A stretch of 13,820 nt of DNA, taken from Clostridia bacterium (GTDB lineage Bacteria > Bacillota > Clostridia > Christensenellales > Aristaeellaceae). The position numbers and the translations under genes are program-made. Each line of letters starts with the position of its first letter. Position 1 is the first letter of the stretch. A model generated the notes under the pieces. The model was not told where the DNA came from, made no database searches, and was given only the letters and a program-made list of their open reading frames with translations. The stretch is from the NCBI GenBank assembly GCA_030526225.1, contig JAUNDF010000060.1, forward strand, positions 1 through 13,820, in the 5' to 3' direction. Of this stretch, positions 1-6,606 are shown one piece after another.

Positions 1-79
1 TCTACAACAGGAGGTCTCTTTTTTCACTGTCCGTTCCTTGGGGAACAGTCCAATTTGGACGGGGCTGCAGCATATTCAA

Positions 80-835
80 TTACTGATAATCCACCACATC
101 GGCCCAGGAGCGCAGCAGGGAGCGGGCTTCCTCGGTCAGGTTGGGGCGGGACAGGTGAGCGGCGGCCACGATGGGAATCCACTTCTGTACATACTGCTTG
201 GCGGTATCGCTCTTCTGGCAATACAGCTTCAGGTACAGCTCTGCGCGGCCGGGGCGGCCGTTGAGGTACAGGGAGATGTAGGTCTCGGCCACATCGGCGG
301 CACCGTTGCCCTGGGTGGCGTGGTTCCAGTCCAGAATGTATGCCTTGTCATCGGGGGTGATGATGACGTTGGTGGGGTAGAAGTCACCGTGGCAAACCTT
401 GGTGTGCTTCTTCATGCTGTCGAGGCGGCAGTGCAGGTCATAGCGGGTGGTGGCCTCCAGACCGGAAGCGGAAATGCGCTTCTGCAGCTTCTCGGTCAGG
501 GAGGTGAGCAGGGGAGCGCTCTTGCCCAGCACCTCCAGCTGAATATCCACAAAGCGGCCCATCAGCTCTTCCTCGCGGTCGGGGTTTTCCTTCAGCAGAT
601 CGCTGATGGTCTTGCCCTCCACATTCTGATAGATGATGGACCACTTGCCGTCCACCATCTCTACGCCCTCCAGGGTGGGCACGTTCAGGCCGATGTTTTC
701 CACGCGGGCGTTGTTCAGCGCCTCGTTGAGCACCATGGCCTTGTCATAGTTCTTCTCGAATACCTTGATGATGAAATCACCGTCGCGGTAGACCTTCTTG
801 TCCTCGCCGGCTGCAATCAGATGCTCCAGATTCAT
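80..835 (-). CDS. Phosphotransferase-family kinase (APH/choline-kinase-like fold), substrate unknown
   Basis: The ORF is 756 nt (ATG at 835, TAA at 80-82). AAGGAGG (complement of 844-850) lies 8 nt upstream. It has the catalytic-loop motif HGDFYPTNVII followed by ILDWNHA, the HxDxxxxN...D pattern of this kinase fold. An N-terminal FIIKVF lysine is present. It starts 24 nt after the adhE stop, so it is probably co-transcribed. Confidence 0.75.
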   Translation of the reverse strand: MNLEHLIAAGEDKKVYRDGDFIIKVFEKNYDKAMVLNEALNNARVENIGLNVPTLEGVEMVDGKWSIIYQNVEGKTISDLLKENPDREEELMGRFVDIQLEVLGKSAPLLTSLTEKLQKRISASGLEATTRYDLHCRLDSMKKHTKVCHGDFYPTNVIITPDDKAYILDWNHATQGNGAADVAETYISLYLNGRPGRAELYLKLYCQKSDTAKQYVQKWIPIVAAAHLSRPNLTEEARSLLRSWADVVDYQ

Positions 836-859
836 GGCTGTATCCTCCTTATTGATTTA

Positions 860-3463
860 TCACTTGCCGTAGTAGGCCTTCAGGTACATGTCCTTCAGCT
901 CGCTCATCAGGGGATAGCGGGGGTTGGCGCCGGTGCACTGGTCATCGAAGGCATCCTCCACCATCTGGTCCAGGCTGGCCATGAAGGTTTCCTCTTCTAC
1001 ACCATATTCGGCAATGGTGTCCTTAATTCCTACCTTGTGCTTCAATTCGCGGATGCCGGCAATCAGCTTTTCGACGGTTTCGTCATCATCCTTGCCGAAG
1101 AATCCGCAGGCACGGGCGAACTCGGCATAGCGGGCCTTGGTGTGGGGATAAGCGTACTGGGGGAAGGTGCCCATCTTGGTGGGAACCTCGGCGCAGTTGA
1201 AGCGGATGACCTCTTCAATCAGCAGAGCGTTGGCCACGCCGTGGGGCAGGTGGTGATAGGAGCCCAGCTTGTGTGCCATGGAGTGGCATACGCCCAGGAA
1301 GGCGTTGGCGAAGGCCATACCGGCCATGGTAGCGGCGTTGGCCATGTGCTCGCGGGCCTCGGGATCCTGGGTGCCGTTGTCATAGCAGCGGGGCAGGTAG
1401 GCAAAGATTTCCTTGGCAGCCTGCAGGGCCATGGCATCGGTATAGGGGGTCTGCAGCATGGCGGCATAGGCTTCCAGCGCATGGGTCAGGGCATCGATGC
1501 CGCTGGCGGCGGTCAGGCCCTTGGGGGCAGACATGTGCAGGTCGGTATCGATGATGGCCATGTTGGGCAGCAGCTCGTAATCAGCCAGGGGATACTTGGT
1601 GCCGGTGGATTCGTCGGTGATGACGGCGAAGGGGGTTACCTCACTGCCGGTACCGGCGGAGGTGGGCACGGCGATGAAGTATGCCTTTTCGCCCATCTTG
1701 GGGAAGGTGTAGATACGCTTGCGGATGTCGCAGAAGCGCATGGCCATATCCATGAAGTCGGCTTCGGGATGCTCATACAGCACCCACATAATCTTGGCTG
1801 CGTCCATGGCAGAGCCGCCGCCCAGGGCGATGATGACATCGGGCTGGAAGGCCGTCATGGCCTTGGCACCCTCACGGGCACAGGCCAGGGTGGGGTCGGG
1901 GGCTACGTCGAAGAAGCAGGAATACTGGATGCCCATCTTCTCCAGACAATCGGTGATGGGCTTTGCATAGCCATTCTTATACAGGAAGGAGTCGGTGACC
2001 AGGAAGGCGCGCTTCTTGCCCATCACGTCCTTCAGCTCGCGCAGGGCCACGGGCAGGCAGCCCTTCTTGGTGTATACCTTCTCGGGTGCACGGAACCAAA
2101 GCATGTTCTCTCTCCTCTGTGCCACGGTCTTGATGTTAATCAGGTGCTTCACGCCCACGTTCTCGCTCACGGAGTTGCCGCCCCAGGAGCCGCAGCCCAA
2201 AGTGAGGGAGGGAGCAAGGCTGAAGTTGTACAGGTCGCCGATGCCGCCCTGAGAGGAGGGGGTGTTGACCAGAATGCGGCAGGTCTTCATGTGGGAAGCG
2301 AACTTCTCCACCAGATCCTGACGGGTGACCGCATTGAGGTAGATGGAAGAGGTGTGGCCATAGCCGCCGTCTGCCACCAGCTGCTCTGCCTTGGCGATGG
2401 CATCGTCAATGTCCTTGGCGCGGTACATAGCCAGCACGGGGGACAGCTTTTCATGGGCGAATTCCTCGCTCAGCTCCACGCTTTCCACTTCGCCGATGAG
2501 AATCTTGGTGTCTTCGGGCACATCCACACCGGCCAGCTTGGCGATGGTGTGGGCCTTCTGGCCGACAATCTTGGCGTTGAGGCCGCCGTTGATGATGATG
2601 GTCTTGCGGACCTTGTCCAGCTCCTCGCCCTGCAGGAAGTAGCAGCCGCGGTTCATGAACTCGGCCTTCACGGCATCGTATACGCCGTCCAGCACGATGG
2701 TGGACTGCTCGCTGGCGCAGATCATGCCGTTGTCAAAGGTCTTGGAGTGGATGATGGAGTTGACGGCCACCAGCACATCAGCGCTTTCGTCAATGATGGC
2801 GGGGGTGTTGCCGGCACCTACGCCCAAAGCGGGCTTGCCGGAGGAGTAAGCGGCCTTCACCATGCCGGGACCGCCGGTGGCCAGAATGATGTCAGCTTCC
2901 TTCATGGCCATGTTGGTCAGCTCCAGGCTGGGCACATCCACCCATGCGATGATGCCTTCGGGGGCACCGGCGGCCACAGCGGCCTCCAGCACGATTCTGG
3001 CAGCCTCAATGGTGGCCTTCTTGGCGCGGGGATGGGGGCTGATGATGATGCCGTTGCGGGTCTTCAGGGCCAGCAGGGTCTTGAAGATGGCGGTAGAGGT
3101 GGGGTTGGTGGTGGGGATGACGGCGGCAATCACGCCGATGGGCTCGGCAATCTTGATGATGCCGGCGGATTCATCCTTTTCGATAATGCCGCAGGTCTTG
3201 GTATCGCGGTAGGCGTTATAAATATACTCAGAGGCAAAGTGATTCTTGATTACCTTGTCCTCCACAATGCCCATGCCGGTTTCTTCCACGGCCATCTTGG
3301 CCAGGGGAATGCGGGCCTGGTTGGCGGCGGTTGCGGCATGGAGGAAAATCTTGTCAACCTGTTCCTGGGTAAAGGTGGCGAATTCCTTCTGGGCGGCGCG
3401 GACACGGTTCAGGGCAGCCTCAAAGCTTTCCACGCTGTCAACAATCGGATATTCCTTGGTCAT
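860..3463 (-). CDS. adhE: Bifunctional acetaldehyde-CoA/alcohol dehydrogenase AdhE
   Basis: 867 aa. The N-terminal half is an acetylating aldehyde dehydrogenase (FDNGMICASEQ catalytic Cys region). The C-terminal half is an iron-type alcohol dehydrogenase (GGGSAMDAAK, HSMAHKLGSYHHLPHG metal-binding histidines). An AAGGAGA SD (complement of 3471-3477) lies 7 nt upstream of the ATG at 3463. The stop is TGA at 860-862. Confidence 0.97.
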   Translation of the reverse strand: MTKEYPIVDSVESFEAALNRVRAAQKEFATFTQEQVDKIFLHAATAANQARIPLAKMAVEETGMGIVEDKVIKNHFASEYIYNAYRDTKTCGIIEKDESAGIIKIAEPIGVIAAVIPTTNPTSTAIFKTLLALKTRNGIIISPHPRAKKATIEAARIVLEAAVAAGAPEGIIAWVDVPSLELTNMAMKEADIILATGGPGMVKAAYSSGKPALGVGAGNTPAIIDESADVLVAVNSIIHSKTFDNGMICASEQSTIVLDGVYDAVKAEFMNRGCYFLQGEELDKVRKTIIINGGLNAKIVGQKAHTIAKLAGVDVPEDTKILIGEVESVELSEEFAHEKLSPVLAMYRAKDIDDAIAKAEQLVADGGYGHTSSIYLNAVTRQDLVEKFASHMKTCRILVNTPSSQGGIGDLYNFSLAPSLTLGCGSWGGNSVSENVGVKHLINIKTVAQRRENMLWFRAPEKVYTKKGCLPVALRELKDVMGKKRAFLVTDSFLYKNGYAKPITDCLEKMGIQYSCFFDVAPDPTLACAREGAKAMTAFQPDVIIALGGGSAMDAAKIMWVLYEHPEADFMDMAMRFCDIRKRIYTFPKMGEKAYFIAVPTSAGTGSEVTPFAVITDESTGTKYPLADYELLPNMAIIDTDLHMSAPKGLTAASGIDALTHALEAYAAMLQTPYTDAMALQAAKEIFAYLPRCYDNGTQDPEAREHMANAATMAGMAFANAFLGVCHSMAHKLGSYHHLPHGVANALLIEEVIRFNCAEVPTKMGTFPQYAYPHTKARYAEFARACGFFGKDDDETVEKLIAGIRELKHKVGIKDTIAEYGVEEETFMASLDQMVEDAFDDQCTGANPRYPLMSELKDMYLKAYYGK

Positions 3464-3619
3464 GGTTCTGTCTCCTTCTTTAACCCATGCAGTGCTTGTG
3501 CCTGCAGGTCATGTTGTCTTGGTTCTCTCCGGCAGCGCTTTCGGGCCTCCCTGCTGAGAGAGGCCGCGCCGGGGGCGTCCCCCCATTCGGCTGCCGTCGG
3601 GGCTTGTTTCACCCGACAG
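3464..3619 (-). promoter_or_regulatory. Long GC-rich structured 5' leader of adhE
   Basis: About 155 nt lie between the predicted promoter and the adhE ATG. Complementary segments are 3530-3536/3590-3596 (cggcagc/gctgccg), 3544-3549/3560-3565 (ggcctc/gaggcc), 3571-3575/3579-3583 (ggggg/ccccc) and 3594-3602/3612-3619. Local GC content is far above the flanking AT-rich spacer. Confidence 0.5.
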
Positions 3620-3624
3620 TAAGA

Positions 3625-3653
3625 ATGATACATTATTAACAATCTTATGTCAA
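3625..3653 (-). promoter_or_regulatory. Sigma-A type promoter of adhE
   Basis: On the minus strand this reads TTGACA (complement of 3648-3653), a 17-nt spacer, then TATCAT (complement of 3625-3630). It sits upstream of the adhE leader. Confidence 0.65.
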
Positions 3654-3859
3654 GAGGGAAATGTGAAAAAATTATCAATGTCAAAATCAGGACAAACATG
3701 GACAGATTGGACATCAAATCGAGCCGGAATGGATACAATCATGGGGATAGCATATGACAAAAGACGCAAATGGGAATGAAATGGGACACTATGTACATAC
3801 GCGAAAGGTTATGCAAATAGAGAAAATGTTCGTGTTTTGAAGAAAAAATGGGATATTGC

Positions 3860-3888
3860 TTCACTTGACGGTGAATTGATGCTATCAT
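3860..3888 (+). promoter_or_regulatory. Candidate extended -10 promoter for the DUF6273-like gene
   Basis: TG-c-TATCAT lies at 3880-3888, with TTCACT at 3860-3865 and a 17-nt spacer. An alternative -35 TTGACG at 3865-3870 would pair only with a poor -10 (TCATAT at 3888-3893). Confidence 0.4.
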
Positions 3889-3932
3889 CATATCAATAGG
3901 AAACCTTTCGACAATCGGGGGAGGAAAAGTAT

Positions 3933-4658
3933 ATGCGAAAAGCGGCAGCTGTTTTATTGGCGCTGGTCCTGCTATGCACTGCGAGTGTCGGCATGGCGGC
4001 AGAGGCACGCACGGGCGGTCGCATCCTGTTCGGGCATTATCCGCAGACGGATGAAGGGGATGACAACACGCTGATTCAATGGTATGTGCTGGCGGTAGAG
4101 GGCAGGCGTGCTCTGGTCATCAGCCGCTTCGGGCTGGATGCACAGCCCTACAATATCAGCGGGGATGACACCACCTGGGCAGATTGTACCCTTCGCGCAT
4201 GGCTGAATGATGACTTCCTGAACCGTGCTTTTACATAGAAGGAACAGGCAGCCATCCTGCTGACGGATGTGGACAACAGCGCCGCGCAGAACTACCCTGA
4301 CTTTGAAACGGATGGCGGCATCAACACACAGGATAAGGTGTTTCTGCTCAGTTTTGTAGAAGCTAACCGTTATTTCGATGTGGATTACTGGCGCAGTGAT
4401 GAACTGAAGGGCTACCCAAACGATATATCGCGCATAGAGCCCACGGAGTATGCCCTTGCCTGCGGTGCGTATACCGACCGCAAGCTGAAAACCCTTTCAG
4501 GCAGCAAAGCCGGTGACTGGTGGCTGCGGCTCCCGGGGATGGATCAGGACTGTGCGACCATCGTTTCCGGTGACGGCTCGATGAGTGAATACGGCGTTGC
4601 CGGTACCAGCGTGTGTGTTCGTCCGGCTATGTGGGTGGATTTGGATGCACTGCCGTAA
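3933..4658 (+). pseudogene. DUF6273-like secreted protein gene interrupted by one in-frame TAG (pseudogene under the standard code, or amber read-through)
   Basis: GGAGG at 3920-3924 lies 8 nt before the ATG at 3933. The N-terminal signal peptide is MRKAAAVLLALVLLCTASVGMA. Track ORFs 3933-4238 and 4269-4658 share one frame and are separated only by TAG at 4236-4238. The joined protein (241 aa) shows the family pattern W.VL...ALVIS...TW..C.LR.WLN..F...AF...E.AAI...DGG.NT.DKVFLLS..EA..YF...WWLR.PG...VRPA.W. The family name is from memory and should be verified with an HMM search. The final stop is TAA at 4656-4658. Confidence 0.7.
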
Positions 4659-4708
4659 AATCATATGAAGAAAGAGAATGACAATATTCGGCAGACGAGG
4701 TCTGCAAA

Positions 4709-4860
4709 GAACCTCATCCGTCACGCCGCAAGCGGCGCGCCACCTTCCCCGGCGCGGGGAAGGCAGGAAATGTTCCCTTCGGAAGCGACGAGGCCGCAGC
4801 AGCACCGGGGTTCTTGCCTTCCCCTCACAGGGAAAGGTGCCCGAAGGGCGGATGAGGTTC
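4709..4860. repeat. GC-rich composite inverted repeat (two divergent units, each with internal hairpins)
   Basis: The termini are perfect 12-nt inverted repeats: gaacctcatccg at 4709-4720 and cggatgaggttc at 4849-4860. Unit A (4709-4767) and unit B (4813-4860, inverted) share gaacctcatccg, cacctt(t)ccc and ggggaaggca. Each unit has a small hairpin (gccg-caag-cggc or gccc-gaa-gggc) plus a ccttcccc/ggggaagg-type hairpin (4743-4763 and 4817-4837). Confidence 0.6.
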
Positions 4861-4873
4861 ACTGCAAGCAATG

Positions 4874-4906
4874 GAGCTGTGAATTGCGCTTTCACAGCTC
4901 TTTTTT
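4874..4906 (+). terminator. Rho-independent terminator
   Basis: A perfect 10-bp stem (gagctgtgaa at 4874-4883, ttcacagctc at 4891-4900) has a 7-nt loop and is followed by TTTTTT at 4901-4906. Confidence 0.75.
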
Positions 4907-4957
4907 GCGCCCTCACAGGTTCTTCTAAAATTTGTCAAAAAAATTTCAAAAAACCTC

Positions 4958-4986
4958 TTGACAAAACTTGTTTAACACTTTAATAT
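4958..4986 (+). promoter_or_regulatory. Sigma-A promoter of the amino-acid ABC transporter operon
   Basis: TTGACA at 4958-4963, a 17-nt spacer, then TAATAT at 4981-4986. An A/T-rich tract (4927-4953) lies upstream. Confidence 0.75.
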
Positions 4987-5000
4987 ACTGAAGTGTTAAA
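4971..5000. promoter_or_regulatory. Candidate operator: perfect 10-bp inverted repeat bracketing the -10 box
   Basis: tttaacactt (4971-4980) and aagtgttaaa (4991-5000) are exact reverse complements. They are separated by the 10 nt taatatactg, which contains the -10 hexamer. Confidence 0.5.
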
Positions 5001-5052
5001 ACACAAAAGCGAAATACACAAATCGCTTTGAAATTTGAAGGAGGATCTTGTT

Positions 5053-5826
5053 ATGAAAAAGTTGGTTGCATTGGTTATGGCTCTGATGATGGTGTTCTCC
5101 ATGAGCTTCGGTCTGGCTGAGGAAAGCGATCTGGCATACATCTCGAACAAGGGTGTGCTGGTTGTGGGCATCACCGATTTCGCTCCCATGGACTACAAGG
5201 ATGCCGATGGCAACTGGATTGGCTTCGATGCTGATATGGCTGTTGCTTTTGCCGCTGTGCTGGGTCTGGATGTTGAATTCGTTGAAATCGACTGGGATAA
5301 CAAGATTCTGGAGCTGAACGGCAAGACCGTTGACTGCATCTGGAACGGCATGACCCTGACCGACGAAGTCAAGGCCGCCATGGAAACCGGCAAGCCCTAC
5401 ATGAACAACGCTCAGATCGTTGTGGTCAAGGCTGATGTGGCTGATAACTATCAGACCGTTGAATCCCTGGCTGACCTGACCTTCGCCGTGGAAGCCGGCA
5501 GCGCCGGTGAGGCTGTAGCAACTGAGCTGGGCCTGAAGGTGACCCCTGTTACCGCACAGGCTGATGCGCTGATGGAAGTTGCCGCCGGCACCTCTGATGC
5601 TGCTATCATCGACTCCCTGATGGCCGCCGCCATGGTAGGCGAGGGCACCGGCTATGCCAACCTGACCTACACCGTTGGCCTGAACAGCGAAGAATACGGC
5701 GTTGGCTTCCGCAAGGGCTCCGACATGGCTGAAGCCTTCAACCTGTTCCTGGATGCCGCTATCGAATCCGGCGTGATTGATGAAGTTGCTGCCGAGTATG
5801 GCGTACAGGCTGCTCTGATTAAGTAA
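5053..5826 (+). CDS. Polar amino-acid ABC transporter substrate-binding protein (SBP family 3)
   Basis: GAAGGAGG at 5038-5045 lies 7 nt before the ATG at 5053, so the track TTG at 5035 is rejected as the start. The signal peptide is MKKLVALVMALMMVFSMSFGLA. The mature sequence is family 3-like (GITDFAPMDY, DCIWNGMTLT, YGVGFRKG). The stop is TAA. Confidence 0.9.
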   Translation: MKKLVALVMALMMVFSMSFGLAEESDLAYISNKGVLVVGITDFAPMDYKDADGNWIGFDADMAVAFAAVLGLDVEFVEIDWDNKILELNGKTVDCIWNGMTLTDEVKAAMETGKPYMNNAQIVVVKADVADNYQTVESLADLTFAVEAGSAGEAVATELGLKVTPVTAQADALMEVAAGTSDAAIIDSLMAAAMVGEGTGYANLTYTVGLNSEEYGVGFRKGSDMAEAFNLFLDAAIESGVIDEVAAEYGVQAALIK

Positions 5827-5841
5827 TCTGACCCGACATAA

Positions 5842-5880
5842 GGGCAGAGACCGTAACGATCTCTGCCCCTTTGTGCTGTT
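5842..5880 (+). terminator. Intercistronic hairpin, possibly a partial terminator or mRNA stabiliser
   Basis: gggcagaga (5842-5850) pairs with tctctgccc (5860-5868) around a 9-nt loop. A moderately T-rich tail ctttgtgctgtt follows. It lies between the binding-protein and permease genes. Confidence 0.4.
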
Positions 5881-5906
5881 ATTTTATATCTCTGGAGGAA
5901 TCAACC

Positions 5907-6593
5907 ATGGATCAGTTTGCACAGCAGCTGCCGATTGTCGTCAATGCGCTGAATGTGGGCTTTCTGCAAACGCTGCGTCTGTTTTTCGTCACCCTGCTGG
6001 GTGCCATTCCGCTGGGCCTTGTCATCACCCTCGGCAGCATGACTAAGGTGGGGCCGCTGCGCTGGCTGAGCAAGGGACTGGTGTGGATTATCCGCGGCAC
6101 CCCGCTGATGATTCAGCTGCTGATTATCTACTATTTCCCCGGGCTGGTGTTTGGCAGCAACATCTGGGGCAGCGGCGAAAGCGGACGCTTCCTGGCGGCC
6201 TCCATTGCCTTTATCATCAACTATGCCTGCTATTTCTCCGAAATTTACCGCGGCGGCATCCAGGCCATCCCTGTGGGACAGGAGGAAGCCGGTCTGGTGC
6301 TGGGCATGACCCGCGGGCAGATTTTCTTCCGCATCAAGCTCCTTCAGATGGTGAAGAAGATTGTGCCCCCCATGTCCAACGAAATCATCACCCTGGTCAA
6401 GGATACCTCCCTCAGCCGCATCATCGCCCTGCAGGAAATCATCTGGGCGGGCCAGTCGTTTATGAAGGGCAGCCAGGGCATTTCCGGCCAGATCTGGCCG
6501 CTGTTCTTCACCGGCATCTATTACCTTGTGGCCAACGGTCTGCTGACCCTGGGCCTTGGCAAGCTGGAAAAGAAGCTGGACTACTTCAGATAA
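5907..6593 (+). CDS. Amino-acid ABC transporter permease (HisM/GlnP type)
   Basis: GGAGGA at 5894-5899 precedes the ATG at 5907, so the track start at 5871 is rejected. The protein has multiple hydrophobic helices and an EAA-type loop (EEAGLVLGMTRGQIFFRIKLLQMVKKIVPPMSNE). The stop is TAA. Confidence 0.9.
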   Translation: MDQFAQQLPIVVNALNVGFLQTLRLFFVTLLGAIPLGLVITLGSMTKVGPLRWLSKGLVWIIRGTPLMIQLLIIYYFPGLVFGSNIWGSGESGRFLAASIAFIINYACYFSEIYRGGIQAIPVGQEEAGLVLGMTRGQIFFRIKLLQMVKKIVPPMSNEIITLVKDTSLSRIIALQEIIWAGQSFMKGSQGISGQIWPLFFTGIYYLVANGLLTLGLGKLEKKLDYFR

Positions 6594-6606
6594 GGAGAAA
6601 TCGATT

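Noticed and set aside
1-26. T-tract (tctctttttt, 16-25) preceded by ggaggtc at the left window edge, a possible terminator
   Set aside because: The 5' arm of any hairpin would lie outside the window, so the structure cannot be verified. No canonical hairpin plus U-tract for the minus-strand kinase gene was found within 1-79.
38-3622. 1194-aa plus-strand ORF, the longest in the track
   Set aside because: It is exactly antisense to adhE and the kinase gene. Its composition is low-complexity and G/A/V/L/H/Q-rich, and it has no SD. It stays open because the real genes avoid the codons TTA/CTA/TCA, whose complements are stops. It is a shadow ORF of high-GC3 genes.
3460-4008. Minus-strand ORFs 3460-3738 (92 aa) and 3739-4008 (89 aa)
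   Set aside because: The first spans the adhE promoter and leader and overlaps the adhE start. The second spans the divergent promoter region and the 5' end of the DUF6273-like gene. Neither has an SD or a recognisable domain.
4690-4910. Possible tRNA (including an amber suppressor) or other RNA gene in the GC-rich intergenic blocks, also 3500-3620
   Set aside because: I looked on both strands for a T-loop (GTTCRANYC flanked by 5-bp complementary arms) and a D-loop signature and found none. The hairpins do not form a cloverleaf. No tRNA call can be supported by eye, so a tRNAscan-SE run is still advisable.
4941-4955. CodY-box-like sequence AAATTTCAAAAAACC upstream of the ABC transporter -35
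   Set aside because: It matches only about 11 of 15 positions of AATTTTCWGAAAATT, within a generally A/T-rich tract. That cannot be distinguished from an UP element or chance.
4497-4983. ORFs 4665-4928 (+), 4678-4983 (+) and 4497-4916 (-), which encode Pro/Arg/Gly-rich peptides
   Set aside because: They are translations of the GC-rich inverted repeat and terminator region. They are mutually overlapping in several frames, lack SD sites, and run through a terminator hairpin or into the neighbouring gene.
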